Shown in pieces: positions 1-54,885 of a stretch of DNA of 64,000 nucleotides. A program made the position numbers and the translations under genes. The notes below the pieces were generated by a model, which was given only the letters and a program-made list of their open reading frames with translations, was not told the DNA's origin and made no database searches. Origin of the DNA: Eledone cirrhosa (Eukaryota); assembly GCA_964016885.1 (NCBI GenBank), contig OZ024747.1, forward strand, positions 93,558,001 through 93,622,000, written 5' to 3'. The first letter of the stretch is position 1, and each line of letters begins with the position of its first letter.

Positions 1-85
1 ACTGAGCACACAACACACACACAGAAACAAAATGGCGTAGGACAGAAGAAAGGAAAGGCACAGAAACAAAGAAAGGAATCCCCAA

Positions 86-126
86 TCACTGAAGAGGTCA
101 CAGAGTGTGTGACGAAAGGACTATGA
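86..126 (+). ncRNA. Minimal hammerhead ribozyme-like motif in a short repeat (32-289)
   Basis: TCA-CTGAAGA-G-GTCACA/TGTGAC-GAAA-GGAC-TA-TGA. Second copy at 47764-47806. Confidence 0.55.
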
Positions 127-348
127 CTATATATAAACAACTATCTGGTTGTGGAACCAACCAGCCAACCAGAAATTTATAAGTTTGTAGATTTGTAAAT
201 TTATAAATTTATAAATATATAATAAATTGAAGTGAAAGCAACTGGTGCGTGTGTTTCTTATTGGCAACATGACCCTCCCAAAGTATAACAATATCGGTTT
301 CAACACACGATTTCAGATAAAGAATCTTGCTAAACAAATTCAGAAACG

Positions 349-400
<52 letters not shown>

Positions 401-1068
401 TTATATATGGCCGGAGTATCACTATGAGCTTTCTCCGTTTATGTATTTATATATATATATATCACAGTAAAGAGAGAATACACACATATGTGTGTGTATT
501 ATTCTCTTTACTGTGATATAAAGAGCTCAGAATCTCTTCCTTGAGCTTATTTGATTATAAGGGAATATTGTGAATTTTTAACTCAACATTTTATATATAT
601 ATATCATTGATGCCATGTGACTGGGATGTGATCATTCATAAGCATACAGATAATATATGCACTAACAAATATATTGCTTGATCCCTTGCTACATACACAC
701 ACACACCACCACCACACCACATGCATCACTAAACCCCATACACATACTCACTCTTACCACACAACAAACCTCACCCAACCACACATACATATATTTGGTA
801 GTGTATATTTATATATCAACACATTATATATATATATACACACACACAGACACACATATACATATATATATGTGTGTGTGTGTATTTGTATATACATACA
901 TGTGTGTTTATGAGAATGTGCATATATGTAGGGGAGTGTTGATCTAGATGTTCAGTTTGAAGGAAATACGAAGCAAAGGAAACAGCAAATTAGAATCTTT
1001 CTGTAAATCTGTTTCATTGTAAATTCCTACAGAGAAGAGTAGAAACAGTTTGTTGAACATATTTTAAT

Positions 1069-41160
<40,092 letters not shown>

Positions 41161-42619
41161 TGGGTGCCACACTGGTATTTACTAACAGTATCCGACAGCA
41201 ACAACAGGTGACATCAAAATATACTAATAATTATACCAATACCAACACCGTCCCCACTTCTATTAGTCACTATATCTTCCTCTTCCCCTCTTCCTGTTGC
41301 TGCTGCTGCTACTACAATCACTATACCAACTACAATAGAATTTTCATTATGTATAATACTACTGCTGCTGTTGTTACCACTACGTTTTTGGGGGGTTTTT
41401 TGTATATATATATATATATATAAAATGAACAACAATTAAATAGCTCTGTTCTATACATAGAGCACTCTTTTTTCCTTTGGAATTACTTAACATATATATA
41501 TATATATATAAAATTGTTTGTTTGTTGGTCTGTTTGTTATTAATGCACGCAAAAACCAGTACACCAATCATGTTCAAACTTGGCATGAAAGGTCCTTAGA
41601 CTCAACTATAGGTTGTCCTCAAACTTGGACCTATATTATTTTAAGGGACAGGAGATAATCTTCATTCAACGATAACCCTTTTTCAACTAAAATTTGACTC
41701 AACCATTACTTTGAAGGCTAGAGTTTTTTTTCCCTTTTGTCATTGCCAAACCCTATAAAATAAATATAAAATTTTTTTTAAATGGATAGAACCCTCTGCC
41801 TGCTCCCCTTCTCCCTCACCTTTCTGCTACCACTTCCATCAGCATGCATTTATCAAACTCGGACCTGTTCCTTTTCGAAATATAAGGACATATGAATAAA
41901 TAAAGTAACACATCTTGTTTCATCTTAATTTCTTCAAGCAAACTACAATATTCTTCTATTCTCTCTCTCTCTCTATATATATATATTACATGTATTACAA
42001 TTATTAAAAGTGTTATATGTGTTATGCCTCGAAGCAATCGTTGGTACAGAACAATTTTAAATTTGATATTGGATGCTGAAAGCAAAAGATTGGGGGGATG
42101 GGCATATATATATATATATATAAGTTAATAAAATATTTTCAAGGACGTGTGTTTCACCTTGCAGATTTTCAACTCGAATAAATGGATTTTATATATATAT
42201 ATATATTTGTACAAGTATCATATAAGAAAAAAAAAGATCACTCAATATTATGAAAATAAAGATAAATATTATATATTTACATTATAAGAGTCGTCAATAG
42301 ATGTTAATTCAAGTTTCAAATAAACTCAAACAGTATTTGATTGGTACTTACTTATTCTGTAAACTCCAAAAAGGAGAAATACTCAGTTGATTCTGATGTG
42401 ATAAGAACTGAAAGTATAAAGAGATATATCTAACACCTTAAGACATTTGTCTGTTGCTCTACCGATTTTACCAATTGATTAGCCTTTAATAATAATTATG
42501 ATTAGGTACAAAGTAAAAAATTTGTAAGAAATGATAAAGTGTATAAAACCGACCCAGATACTTCCATGGTACTTATTTTAATGCTGATGATAGCCTACAT
42601 AACTATAAAGCCACACAGT

Positions 42620-42969
42620 TTAACCCTTTCATGACTGCATTTCTAATGAAATATACACTATTTCAATTAATTAATGAAGAATTTTGTGGGATTTACTAAA
42701 ATTATTAATTATTTCATTACTAAGATAGTAACTTAATGTACAGTTCTTATATAAAATTATATTGGAAGATTTTAACCTTTAACGTGCTACTAATTTTTAT
42801 GAGTTGTTTCCCTTGACACTGCATTACTATTAAGGGGAGGTTACTATATGGTGCCCTATGTCGCCAACAGCATGTTAAAGGTTAATTTAAAATGGAAACC
42901 TTTAAAATGGGTGTTTTATTTCATAGAACCAGAGCCAGTTTTAGTTAAATTGGCAACAAAAGTGTTTAA
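42620..42969. mobile_element. piggyBac-type MITE with a nested 110-bp MITE (42772-42885)
   Basis: Inner TIR CCTTTAAC(G/A)TGCT with duplicated TTAA. The empty site is visible in the 32883 copy. Confidence 0.7.
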
Positions 42970-45900
42970 AAAAAGTGTGGATTATTAAACTGACTCAAGT
43001 ACTTGGTTGCTACTTATTTTAATATTAATAATTGTTTCTACATTTGGCACAAGGCCAGCAATTTGAAGGGAAGAGAAAGTCAATTAAATTTACACCTGTG
43101 CATCACTGGTACTTTATTTTATTGGCCCCATAAGGATGAAATACAGAGCTAACCTTGGCAGGATTTGAACTCAGAAAGTAAAGAGCCAGGGCTATATGCT
43201 GCAAAGCATGTTGTCCAGTGCTCTACTGATTCTGCAAATCCACCAATTAATAAAGACAATGAAAACAATAGCAAAAAAAAAACAAGGAAAATATATTGTT
43301 AATTTTTTTAAAAGTTTATTTCTACACAAATTGACATCAACATACATGTTCCTCTGCATGTGTGTGTCTGTATTTACATATTGACAGATGTACATAAATA
43401 CTTAGAGAGAAGAAGGGATTGAGGAAACAATACATATTGTTTAACCTATACAAAATGTATAGAAAGAGGCATAGACAGACAGACACACACACACTCACAA
43501 ACGCTTGTGCATGCACATATTTATGTACGCATGCACCAACGTTGACGTACACACTTAGCTGACATGAATTCTCATCCCTGCCTCGATCCCTGCCAGCTTC
43601 CTCATCTGTCTCATTCTAAAATATTGCCATCACCCTAACAAATATACTCTACTTTTAGATCAGACAGATGAAAATAAAATATATACACACACAAAAAAAA
43701 ATTCTTTTTTATTAAAAAAAATGAAATAAAAAAGCAAAAACAGTGTCATATACCGACAATTGGCAGGAAGCATTATCCCTATGTTTTTTATAAACATTTG
43801 GTAGGAAGTCTTATTCCCTTAGCCATCAATAACCATTTTGGTAGGAGGAAACATTATCCTTGTTGTCATCCAAAATTTGACACGAGAGTGTCATCGCCAT
43901 GTTGCAAATCACCATTTTGTTTCTGGAGGAAATGCTATCCTTGTAATTCCAACCAATATTAGATAGAAGGAAGTGTTAACTTTATGTTGCTAATCAACAT
44001 CTAACATGAAGAAGAAGTGTTGTCGTTGTTCTCAAGCAACATTTTTCATAAAAATTGTTACTCCTTATGTCATCAAGTATTCTCCCAATGTATGTAATCA
44101 AAACATCTCAAGTGTTACAAAAATTAGAAAATGAATTGCTATCTCCATATCACCAATCAACATATTGTAGAAATTAACCATTATCTCTGTCACCAATATT
44201 TGTTCCAGCATAGCTAAGCATTACGTAACCCTTTAGCATTTAAACTGGCCGTATCTGGCCAGAATTCTCTCACTTCTTTATGTTCAAACTGGCCATAACC
44301 GGCTGCTATACTTATGTTAAGGTATTGTTCTCAAAATAAATAATATCAAAATCTTGTAGATTTGATATTATGTGAGATAAAGTGTTTACTGTGAAAATAC
44401 AATAGTACATATAGAGTAACGTAAATGCTAAAGGGTTAACAGAAACTACGGTGTGTAGCAACTGATCCTCATTGTTCTTGTTCTAGAATCTTAATATATG
44501 GTATGATACGTATGATAAGAGATACAAAAAAAGGGGGGAGGGGGCATTATTAATTTGTTCAAGGAACAATTATCATGGAATCCCAGGATATTTTACAAAA
44601 ATAACAAATTACTAAATGCTGTTGTTATTAAATTACACCAGTTACTCTGTGATGTTTACTTTCTTTGCCTGTAAAGTCCAACTTCAATACTCATCATCCT
44701 AATCTATTAAACCTCCACAGTGCTACTGATATTTTCTTGACTTCAAATAGTTGGTGGGCTCAATATATTTTGCAATAGGTAAGTGACAGTAATTATACAA
44801 TCCAAAATGCAGCAAACAAATTAATTCTACATATAAAAGGATATTTAATGTATCTGTCAAGTTTACAGCAAAACAAAATATATTGTCATACATAAAATTA
44901 GCTTTTTATATAATTACCTTTACACCAACACATAGGAACAAAAAATGGATTTAAAAACTGTCACTTCAATGATATTTCAATAAGAATCTGAGGTATATTC
45001 CCAAAATTCTTTCTTCAGCAAGAACATATATGAATATATTTTTAGTTCTCATGGTTAATATTCTAACAATTGTTCAACTAATACCAATATGCAAAATGAG
45101 CTTCTTCCCTTATAAACCAAGCAACATCTGTGTGTGTGCGCATGCGTGTGTATGTATGCATGCATGTGTGTGAATGCAATGTGTGTATTTAATGCATGTG
45201 TGTGCTTGTCTATAATTTGTGATCTTTCAGAATAATAATTTAGTGGAGTTAAATGAAGTCTAATGAAAATGAACAAACTAGAAAATAGAGTCACTTTGTT
45301 ACCCATGCCATTGAAGAATGTCTCCCAAATTTATCCCACACACATATACTTTGCTATGCTGAATTTTCAAAAAAAAGATGTCATCAATAATTTGTACATA
45401 TATTGAGCTACATGTGATTCAACACATTATTTATTTTATGATTACATATATTAATGTTCATGTGGATGAGTCTACCTAAATGTAAAGTTAGTGAGTGCCA
45501 CAATAACACACACCAACTAGCTAATTACCAAAACTTTATGTGGTTCTGAATGGGTAACATGAAATTATTATATTTGAACAAAAGTTTCAAATTATTGAAT
45601 GAGCAGAATTTAATAAGAAAACAAAATTCTGCCCATTTGTAAATGTATTTGTATTTACATGGGTTTATGTGGGCATATTTTACTGCACCAACTTAGATTA
45701 GTCCAGTATTTAATGAAAAATGATAGAAATACTCTGATTATTGCCTATTACCATGCTCCAACAGAACACAATATTGTCATACTTTAATGTATCACATTAA
45801 AGTATGACAATATTGTCATACTTTAATGTATCACATTAAAGTATCACCATTATATATACCAACATACTATTACATATCAAATCATTGTACCATCCCAACA

Positions 45901-47936
45901 CAGGACACATTATACCAATATATACACACACTAAGACTAAAACATACCATTTTATACCCTAGTAAATTTTACTAAATGCTCACACTACAAGCTAACACCT
46001 ACCTTTCCTTACATTAGTTATCTTAAGACTTAAACTAAGACCTATCTAGTTAATTACAACTTATTCATCCATCTATCATTTCAAAGTTCCCTTTTAGGAC
46101 CTTAGCAAAGCTTTTTTCTTTTTAGAAAACTCAACAAACTGCTGCCCCTTCCATTTGGTTTCACAAAGAAAAAGGCAATTGTTACATTGAGTACAGTTGA
46201 TTGGTATAACACTGGTACTTCTATTATTGGCTGTGGAGGGACAAAAACTAAAATTGACTTTAACAGGATTTGAACAACTTGGAAATGATAAAACTGCTCT
46301 ATTTATTTCATTATTCACACACACACACTCTCTCTCTCTCATACACACACACATATAAAGAGACCTGTGTACAGCACTGAGTGCAGATTCCTTAATCTGT
46401 AGCTAGAGGCAGCTGCTGCACATCACACACAAACATCCATTCAAGTTTCTCTATAGCTAGGAAAGAACATCAACAAGTGACAGACGTGACTGTATAGAAG
46501 GAGTCCTTTGATGTTGCACAAGAAAACAGCCAAATATATGAGAAAAAAAAAAATGTTCTTACCATCTTTGAAATGGAAACCAGATGTTTTCAGGCCTAAA
46601 TTTTAGAATAGCATACCTCAAAACAAAGACAAAATAACAATAGCTGGCTAGAAAACTAATCAAAGAATAGAAGTTCAACCTACTAACAATATATTAGATA
46701 TATCTGAATATCAGGAAAGCTGTGGGGTTGCTCTGAAACATTAAATCAATGATCAACAAACCTTAAGTCTGTACAGTTATTCAAATACTGTGTTTCAACT
46801 TTCTTTCATTGCACTGATACAAAGTCACGTCCCTACATTGGAACCACAGCCATCATCCGTGAGGAAACAGGGGAGAAGTAAAAGGTGGCCGGACTGTTGA
46901 TCTGTCTATAACATTTTACTCCAGGAGCTGTCAAATATATAACAAACAAAGAATCGATAAAGACTATCAGTGTAAGGGACAAACCAGTACTCTTGGGTTT
47001 TTCTGTGACCTGCATGAAGCTGAAGCCACTAAATTAAGAAAATCATGAATACCTTGGGTAAGTGTTTCGGCACCTTGAAGTTGATTATGTACCTAACAAA
47101 CAGTATCAGCACTTTACTGAACCAGACCTAATGACATCTTTACAAAGTGAAATCAGAGGATGTTCAACAGAAAATGAGTTCCTTGATGCTATCTTTGAGA
47201 GACGTAAGGTGCTGATACCAGAGCCGTCCCAGCTGCCCTCTAAGAGCAAACCTTTTTACTTTTTATCCATATATAGGACCACTGATATTAAACTTTCTCT
47301 CCTATCCTACATTAACAGCAGTACAAATTGATTCCATAAAAAAAATGAGAAATAGTTTGAACCCATTTTCCTGAAGATGTTCTCCTGGAATTATTAGGTT
47401 TAGGTGGACAAGTTCAAAATGATGTGATTGAATATAAAGAATGAAAAACTGAAGACAGAAAAGAACCTCCAATGTTCTGTAGATATGGGGAAGGTAAAAG
47501 GATCATTTATATTAGTATCTGATATGGGATGATTAGAGATATGACTGAAGTGTGTGCGGGGTGATGGTTATCTTTCTCATTCTTTTCTCAATTAACACAG
47601 CTAATGTGGTTGTCTGGTTAGTGTTAGGAAGTAATGCAAAATATAAATAAAGCAGGTTATCAAACATTTGCTTTGGTTTTACACACTTAAGCACATCTCT
47701 CTCTTTATATATATATAAGATGGTGTAGGACAGAACAAAGGAGAGTCACAAAATAAGAAACCAGTCACTGAGGATGTCACAGAATGTGTGACGGAAGAGC
47801 TTTGACAATATATAAACAACCATCCAATTATTGAATCAACCAACTGAAAATTTATAATATATTGAAGTGAAAACCAACAGGTGTGTGTGTCTTTATTGGC
47901 AGCATGACGCTCCCAAAGTATAATATATATATATAT

Positions 47937-49740
47937 GGGGATGCTCTAGATAGGGGAAACTATAGAGGCATTAAGTTAGTTGACCAGGTCATGAAGGTCA
48001 CAGAAAGAGTTATAGCGCAACTAATCAGAGAGCGAATTGATCTAGATGAAATGCAGTTTGGGTTTGTGTCAGGTAAAAGTACCACAGACGCTCTTTTCCT
48101 TGTATGACAGCTACAAGAGAAGTACCTAGCTAAAAGTAAACCCCTCTACTTAGCTTTTGTAGACCTGGAGAAAGCCTTTGACAGAGTCCCCCGCTCCATT
48201 ACCTGGTGGGCTCTTAGAAAACTAGGTGTAGATGAATGGCTTGTGAGAGCTATACAAGCTATGTATAATGAAACAGTCAGTAAGGTTAGAATTAACAATG
48301 AATATTGTGAAGAATTTAGTGTAAAAGTTGGCTTCATCAAGGCTCTGTCCTTAGCCCCCTCTTATTTATTATTGCCCTTCAGGCTATAACAGAGGAGTTC
48401 AAGACCGGCTGCCCATGGGAACTCCTATACACAGATGATCTAACGCTCATAGCTGAATCAATGGCTGAACTAAAGAAATTCGAAACATGGAAGCATGGCC
48501 TAGAATCAAAAGGCCTTAAAGTTAACTTGTCTAAGACTAAAGTTCTAGTTTGTAGAAAGGAAAATAGGGCACAGGTGCCCTCAGGGAAATGGCCATGCTC
48601 AGTGTGTAGGAAAGGAGTAAGCAGAAATTCCATTTTATGTCCCAAACGCAAAGTATGGGTACATAAAAGATGTAGTGGGATCACAGGTAAACTATCTAAG
48701 AACGTAGACTTTATATGTGGCCGATGCTCAGGTGCAATAAGTAGCAAGTATCCACAGGATACTAGCTCCTTCTATTGCCCAGATGGTTCTATAGAAATAG
48801 TAGACACTTTCCGTTACCTGGGTGACGAAATCAGCAGTGGAGGAGGGTGTTCTGAAAATACAGTAGCCAGAGTCAGAACGGGATGGAAAAAGTTCAGAGA
48901 GCTTATACCGCTGTTGGCCACAAAAGGTTTCTCTCTAAAAATGAAAGGCAGATTGTATGTTGCTTGTATACGAACAGCAATGCTACATGGCAGTGAGACA
49001 TGGGCATTACGTGCAGAGGACCTGCGTAAACTGGAAAGGAACGAAGCATGCATGCTCCGTTGGATGTGTAATAGTAATATACGTGAACGGCAAAGCATAA
49101 ATGAACTAAGTGAGAAATTAGGAATAAGAGGTATCAGATGCTGTTACTTGAGAGAAGACTACGTTGGTATGGCCACGTGATGCGCATGAAAGACGACAGC
49201 TGTATAAAAAAGTGCAGGGTGATCAAAATTGATGGTAGTTACGGAGTAGGTAGACCCAGAAAAACCTGGGACAATCCACTTGCACCTCTCTTAGACAATG
49301 TCACTGGACCGAGATCGTTGGTGCTACGCAGTAATATAGAAGACCCGCCTTGCCTATGTACAAAGCGAAACCTAGTCAGTAGGCACCTCTTAACCAAATA
49401 TACACCACAATCCACTACCCTATCCTCCCACCAACACCACCCTCTCTCTGTAAAGGTGGTACCACAACATCCAGTCCAAATAAATGAGATAATGAGATCG
49501 AGATTGTGTAGGTGTCACGACAAAAAACACACAGTCCACGCTGTAATGTGGCCGGTAAAAAGTTCCCAGTTCCACACTGTAAATGTGGTTGGTGTTGGGA
49601 AGGGCATCCAGCCGTAGAAAACCTGCCAGATAGTCCTATATGAGCGAGACACAGTCACCCGACCAACCTTGACTCAAATTGGGACAACTCCCGTCTAACC
49701 CATGCTAGCGTGGAAAATGGATGTTAAACGATGATGATGA
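47937..49740 (+). mobile_element. RTE-clade LINE, 5'-truncated, degenerate, with full 3' UTR and (GAT)n tail
   Basis: NYRGIKL, QFGF, DLEKAFD, YTDD, PHD-like finger. Stop at 48105 and frameshifts. Same family as 3428-5262. Confidence 0.92.
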
Positions 49741-50766
49741 TATATATATATATATATATAGTGGGTTAAAAAGACGAAAACTAATATATATATACACAAT
49801 ATTACACACAATTGTTTGGTGTAGTTGCAAAAGTGGTGGTAATTTACTATATGCATCCATCAAAACCATGAAAGCATGGAAACAAAATTTAAAATCAAAT
49901 CATTGAATAGAATGCAATGACTGATGAGGTGATTATTCATGATTATAATGGAAAAATACAAAATTTACAACTTATTAAACTGAAACAATCACAAAGCTAA
50001 ACAAGTGTAAAGCAGAGATACACACAAACAAACAACACCTCCCAAATAATTGTTTCTGCTTTAGGCACAAGGCCAGCAATTTGAAGAGGAGTGGAAAGTC
50101 GATTAAATCAACCCCAATACTTACTGGTGCTTTATTTTATTGACCCCATAAGGATGAAAGACAAAGCTAACCTCGCCAGGATTTGAACATAAAGGGTCAT
50201 AACTATGCTGTGAAGCATGTTGTCCGGTGCTCCAACTATACTGCCAATCCACTGCTCTACACCTCATAAATAATAAAAAGTACCATAAACAGGATGTCCG
50301 ATGAGCAAAGGAAAAAAAGGATCAAGACGAAAACAAAGGTTACGGTAGAATGTAAATCACAGAAGCCCAGAGAATATTTCCATTGGAAGGATTGAAAATA
50401 TTGGCAAATATTTTCAGGGCATTAAAATTGATTGAAGAATAGACAAAACTAAAATAAAAAAGATTAAAAAATTTTTTTTTTTAATTTAAAATTTCAGCAA
50501 AATTGCTTGACTATGTGTATATATAATGTATATATGTATATATAATGTGTGTATATATAATATATATCGTTATACTCCCTCGCCAAGCACAGGCATGAGT
50601 AAATGGTTAAGAAGTTCATTGAGGAACCAAGTGCTGCAGCTCATTGGGCAAGTGTCTTCTATAGACTCAGGCCAACCAATGCCTTAGGAGTGAATTTGAG
50701 AGATGGAAACTGTAATGAACACCATTGTGTGAGTATGTATGTGTATGTATATATATATATATATAT

Positions 50767-51109
50767 GGAGGCACATGGCTTAGTGGTTAGAGCATTGGCT
50801 TTTCAATCGAAAGGTTGTGAGTTCAATTCTCAGACCGGGTGATGTGTTGTTTCTTTGAGCAAGACACTTTATTTCACATTGCTCCAGTTTACTCAGCTGT
50901 AGAAATGAGATGATAGGGACTGGGGTCCATATCATTCCACTGCAAAGTGGTCGTGGAGGTGCCACGGCAAAAAAGCACCCAGCACTCACTGTAAATGAGG
51001 TTGGTGTTAGGAAGGGCATCCAGCTGTAGAAATCAAGCCAGAATCAGTTCCCATCCCACCCTTGCAAGCAGGGAAAAGCGGACGTAAAATGATGATGATG
51101 ATGATGATG

Positions 51110-51110
<1 letters not shown>
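50767..51110 (+). mobile_element. tRNA-derived CORE SINE with RTE-type 3' tail
   Basis: TGGCTTAGTGG A-box, GTTCAATTC B-box, TTGAGCAAGACACTT core, GGAAGGGCATCCAGC block and (GAT)n tail shared with the RTE copies. Confidence 0.8.
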
Positions 51111-51142
<32 letters not shown>

Positions 51143-51453
51143 TATCAGGATAGAACCAGTTTTAAACTAGATAGACCATTACTCAATAGAGTACTCAATA
51201 CTTAGGATAGTAGAGTATAGGAGATTCAGTGAATTACCAATGGTGGTACCAATATGAGCAATCAATACACAGGTAGAGTGTATATAATAATTTTAAAAAA
51301 ACCGATGAAGTCTCATTTACATGTTTTTATTGATCAGCGACCTGTTACATACATTTTACAGATGATTAGTTCAAGATCACCTATGGAAGGTATGGATATG
51401 ACTCCTGCATTGATCGGCTCGTCACACATGGTGATTCAACAAAAAACACAGTA

Positions 51454-51520
<67 letters not shown>

Positions 51521-51559
51521 TACACACACTGTATATATACAGTGCTGGGGCACTGCAAC

Positions 51560-52080
51560 TGTCACTACATTTTCTACAGTCATCTATCCTTGGTGCAAAA
51601 TGGAGTTTGTTGCTGTGGCCCTTATTTGCACTTTGTCTTTTGCTGTAGATTCATACGGGATCTTGGTTAGTAGAATGTCGAACTGATTCTCGAAAATGTT
51701 TCACATTTTTTGGCAGCTGGGGTCCTTTAAACTTCAGTCTATTGCAGTATGTGGTCCTTATTCTTGATGCAATGGATGGGACCTTTGACACCACACAGTG
51801 GCATCCTGTTTGTGGTCGGGTCCAGTCCTCACTGCTGAAGCTCTTCCATGATATTCTATATGTATATCACTGCATATCTCCCCCATCTTCACTCCAGAGA
51901 GTATAGCGTTCATGTCTTCAGCCTCTCCCAGTAGCTCATATCTTTCATTGAGGCAATCCTCTGGGTGTAACTTTGTTACATTGCTTCAAGTTCTGTGGTT
52001 AGTTTGACACTGTAGAGCGACCATAATTGAAAGCAATAGTCCAGTCAGCTGAAGATGAAAGTCCTCCAGAGGACCAACAT
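51560..52080 (-). mobile_element. CR1/Jockey-like LINE 3' relic
   Basis: Minus-strand translation with stops: LDYCFQLWS...LEA...SYWERLK..LYSLE.R..RY. Confidence 0.7.
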
Positions 52081-53389
52081 GATTTATGAATATATATATA
52101 TATGTATATATATATTTATCATAAGAACAGATTAAAGTTTAAGCAAAGAATCGCTGCTTTCACCCTTAACGTATGTATATATACATATATATATATATAT
52201 TCATATATACACAGTGAAGAAAAGAACAGAACGCAAGTGGTGTAATGTTTAAAACAAATCAATCTGAAAGAATGAGCCACGCAGATAAGATTTTATAAAA
52301 TTAATTCAACAAAAGTGGGCAAAGACAACAGAAAAATGGACAATACTCTGGACACTCCCTTCACATGAGTGTGTTAGTTGCTGTGAAGATGTACATGGTA
52401 ATATGACTTCAAGCAAATAGTTATATTTTTTTATGTCCACCATAAATAATACATCCCTTAGTGTAGTGGTTTAACCATTTAGCATTTAAACCGGCCATAT
52501 CTAGCCAGAATTTTCTCACCTCTTTCTGTTCAAACTTGCTGTAACCGGCTGCTCTCTCAAAATAAATAATATCAAAATTTCATAGATTCAATATTGTGAG
52601 GTAAAGCCTTAACCATGAAAATGTAATAGTAAATATAGAGTAATGTAAATGCTAAAGGGTTAATGAATATCAGTGATATGTACCTTACATAAATATGGGA
52701 TGACATCAGAAAAGGTGACAAGCTGTAGAAAAACTGCTTCAAAATAGTGTCCTCCAATATTTTCACTTCTTCCATTAAAAATATTTCCCAGTCTACTCTG
52801 GTTCCCTACAATAACTTTTATTTTTCATCATGCCATCATAAAAATGATGATGATGAAGAGTGTTCCAGTTTTAGCTTGTATTATTGACTCACTAAAGTAT
52901 AGTGTGACTGAGTATTCCACAAACATCTACACCGTGAATATAACCCCAAAGCAAAATCAGAGTAACAAGGCCAGCCCTTTGATTTACATATGTGGCCCAT
53001 CTGCAGAGTTTCTGTCTATCCAATATCACTCAGAAAGCTTGGGTCAACCCAAAGTTACAGTTGAAAATATTTGCCCAAAGTGGCACACAGTGATATAAAG
53101 CCCCTAAACTTTGTGAATATGAATCAAATATTCATCCATACAATTATTTTATATATATATATACAGAGAGAGGGAGAGATGTAAGATTCTGAACGTGGTG
53201 CCAAGCAGCTTTGGCATATGTATCCAGCAAACGTTTTAAAAAGACGCTTGTTGAATACACAAGCCAAAACTGCTTAATGCCGCAGTCAGGATTTTACATA
53301 TCTCTATACCCACTCTATATCTCCCCATGTATCGTGTACTCCCATGATTAGCGGTCTCCTCGGTCTCAGCACTGCAGACTCTATGTGTG

Positions 53390-53451
<62 letters not shown>

Positions 53452-53959
53452 TATTTAAAGCAGATATAAAATTTATGGTCATGATGATATATTCACGTGT
53501 GTGTGTGTTTTTATATATATGTATGTGCATGTGTCTATAGGCATACGTAGATACCCACACATGTATATATATATATATCATCATTCCCATTGCTTTATCA
53601 ACTCTGTTTTTTTATGAGTGTCACCTCATGTGTGGGGTTAACATCCAGAAATCATGAATTCCCACTTCCTTCCACAGCTTCCTATACATATTACACATAC
53701 ATGATTGGCTTTCGCAAAAAATAAAACATCAGAGGAAATAGATTTGGCGAAAGATAAACATTGATAAATTTCCATAAAGATTGTAAATGAAGACAATATC
53801 AAGAAAAATAATTTCTCGCCTGCCATTGCATAATTGTAGTAATAATAAACACATACTTCTGTCTGTTCCCATGGATTAAGAGAAATAATAATAACAATAA
53901 TATAAATAATATTAAAACAATGTTGTCTCTGATCGAGATGAAGCGAGAGTGTATTTGAA

Positions 53960-54271
53960 TACATATAAAAATGAGAAAAGTCATCACTAGAACAGCCATT
54001 AAAACAGCTGAATGTTATCAAAAACAGCAATGGGCCAAAATGCTTCAGAGGACAGAGATCACCAGAGAGACAATCTACAAGGTGAGTGAAAGGCAGATGA
54101 AATATAGAACAGATTGAAAGACGCCTGTCACCCACTTTGAGGATTGACTCTCTGTTGACCACTGGCCACTGATCTCTGTCCTCTGAGGCGTTTTTGACCA
54201 TCACTGTCTTTGACAGCATTTAGCTGTTTTAACGGCTGTTCTAGCGATGAGTTTTCTCATTTTTATATGTA
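53960..54271. repeat. Foldback element with about 110-bp inverted arms
   Basis: TACATATAAAAATGAGAAAA... mirrored by ...TTTTCTCATTTTTATATGTA. Confidence 0.8.
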
Positions 54272-54754
54272 ATAATAATAATGTTGCTGATGATGAAAAT
54301 AATAATAAAAACAATTACAACTGAGAGGGTATCTTGAGCAAACAGACCTTGAATGACAAATTGCTCTTCTATAAAAAGACTGCTCCGTTAGGTAGAGTAT
54401 ATATATTCAAGTGAGTTATGTCTGCCTAACGTCTTTATGGACAGAGAGTAGACGATTCAGTAATCATCATATTTACTGATGATTTCTAATTTAGGCACAA
54501 TGCCAGCATTTTGGGGGAAAGGGAAAATCAACCACAGTGCTTGAGTATTACTTTATTTTATCAACCTCAGAAAAATGAACAGCAAAGTTGACATTGGCGA
54601 GATTTGAACTCAGAATGTAAAGACCCAGAACAAATAGTGCTAAGCATTTATCCAAAGCTCTAACAACTCTACTGAGCCACTGCCTTCTTATCTTATAATA
54701 ATAGTTTCCGATTTAGGTACAAGGCTAACAATTCTAAAGAATTTAAAGTTGACC

Positions 54755-54885
54755 CAAACACACCAGACAAGGGAAATATCAACACAATATCACTTCACCC
54801 AAACACACCAGACAAGAGAAATATCAACACAATATCACTTGACCCAAATACCAGACAAGGGAAATATCAACACAATATCACTTCA
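54755..54885 (+). repeat. About 44-bp tandem repeat x3
   Basis: CCAAACACACCAGACAAGGGAAATATCAACACAATATCACTT repeated. Confidence 0.85.

Noticed and set aside
43750-44200. Degenerate repeats of about 40 bp (TTGGTAGGAAG...TTATCC)
   Set aside because: Old minisatellite with no open frame or spacer structure.
50767-50840. tRNA-like sequence with A and B boxes
   Set aside because: No complete cloverleaf, and it continues into a SINE core and tail, so it is a SINE head.
53638-54219. 193-aa minus-strand ORF
   Set aside because: Overlaps a foldback repeat and AT-rich DNA, with no motif or convincing splice pattern.
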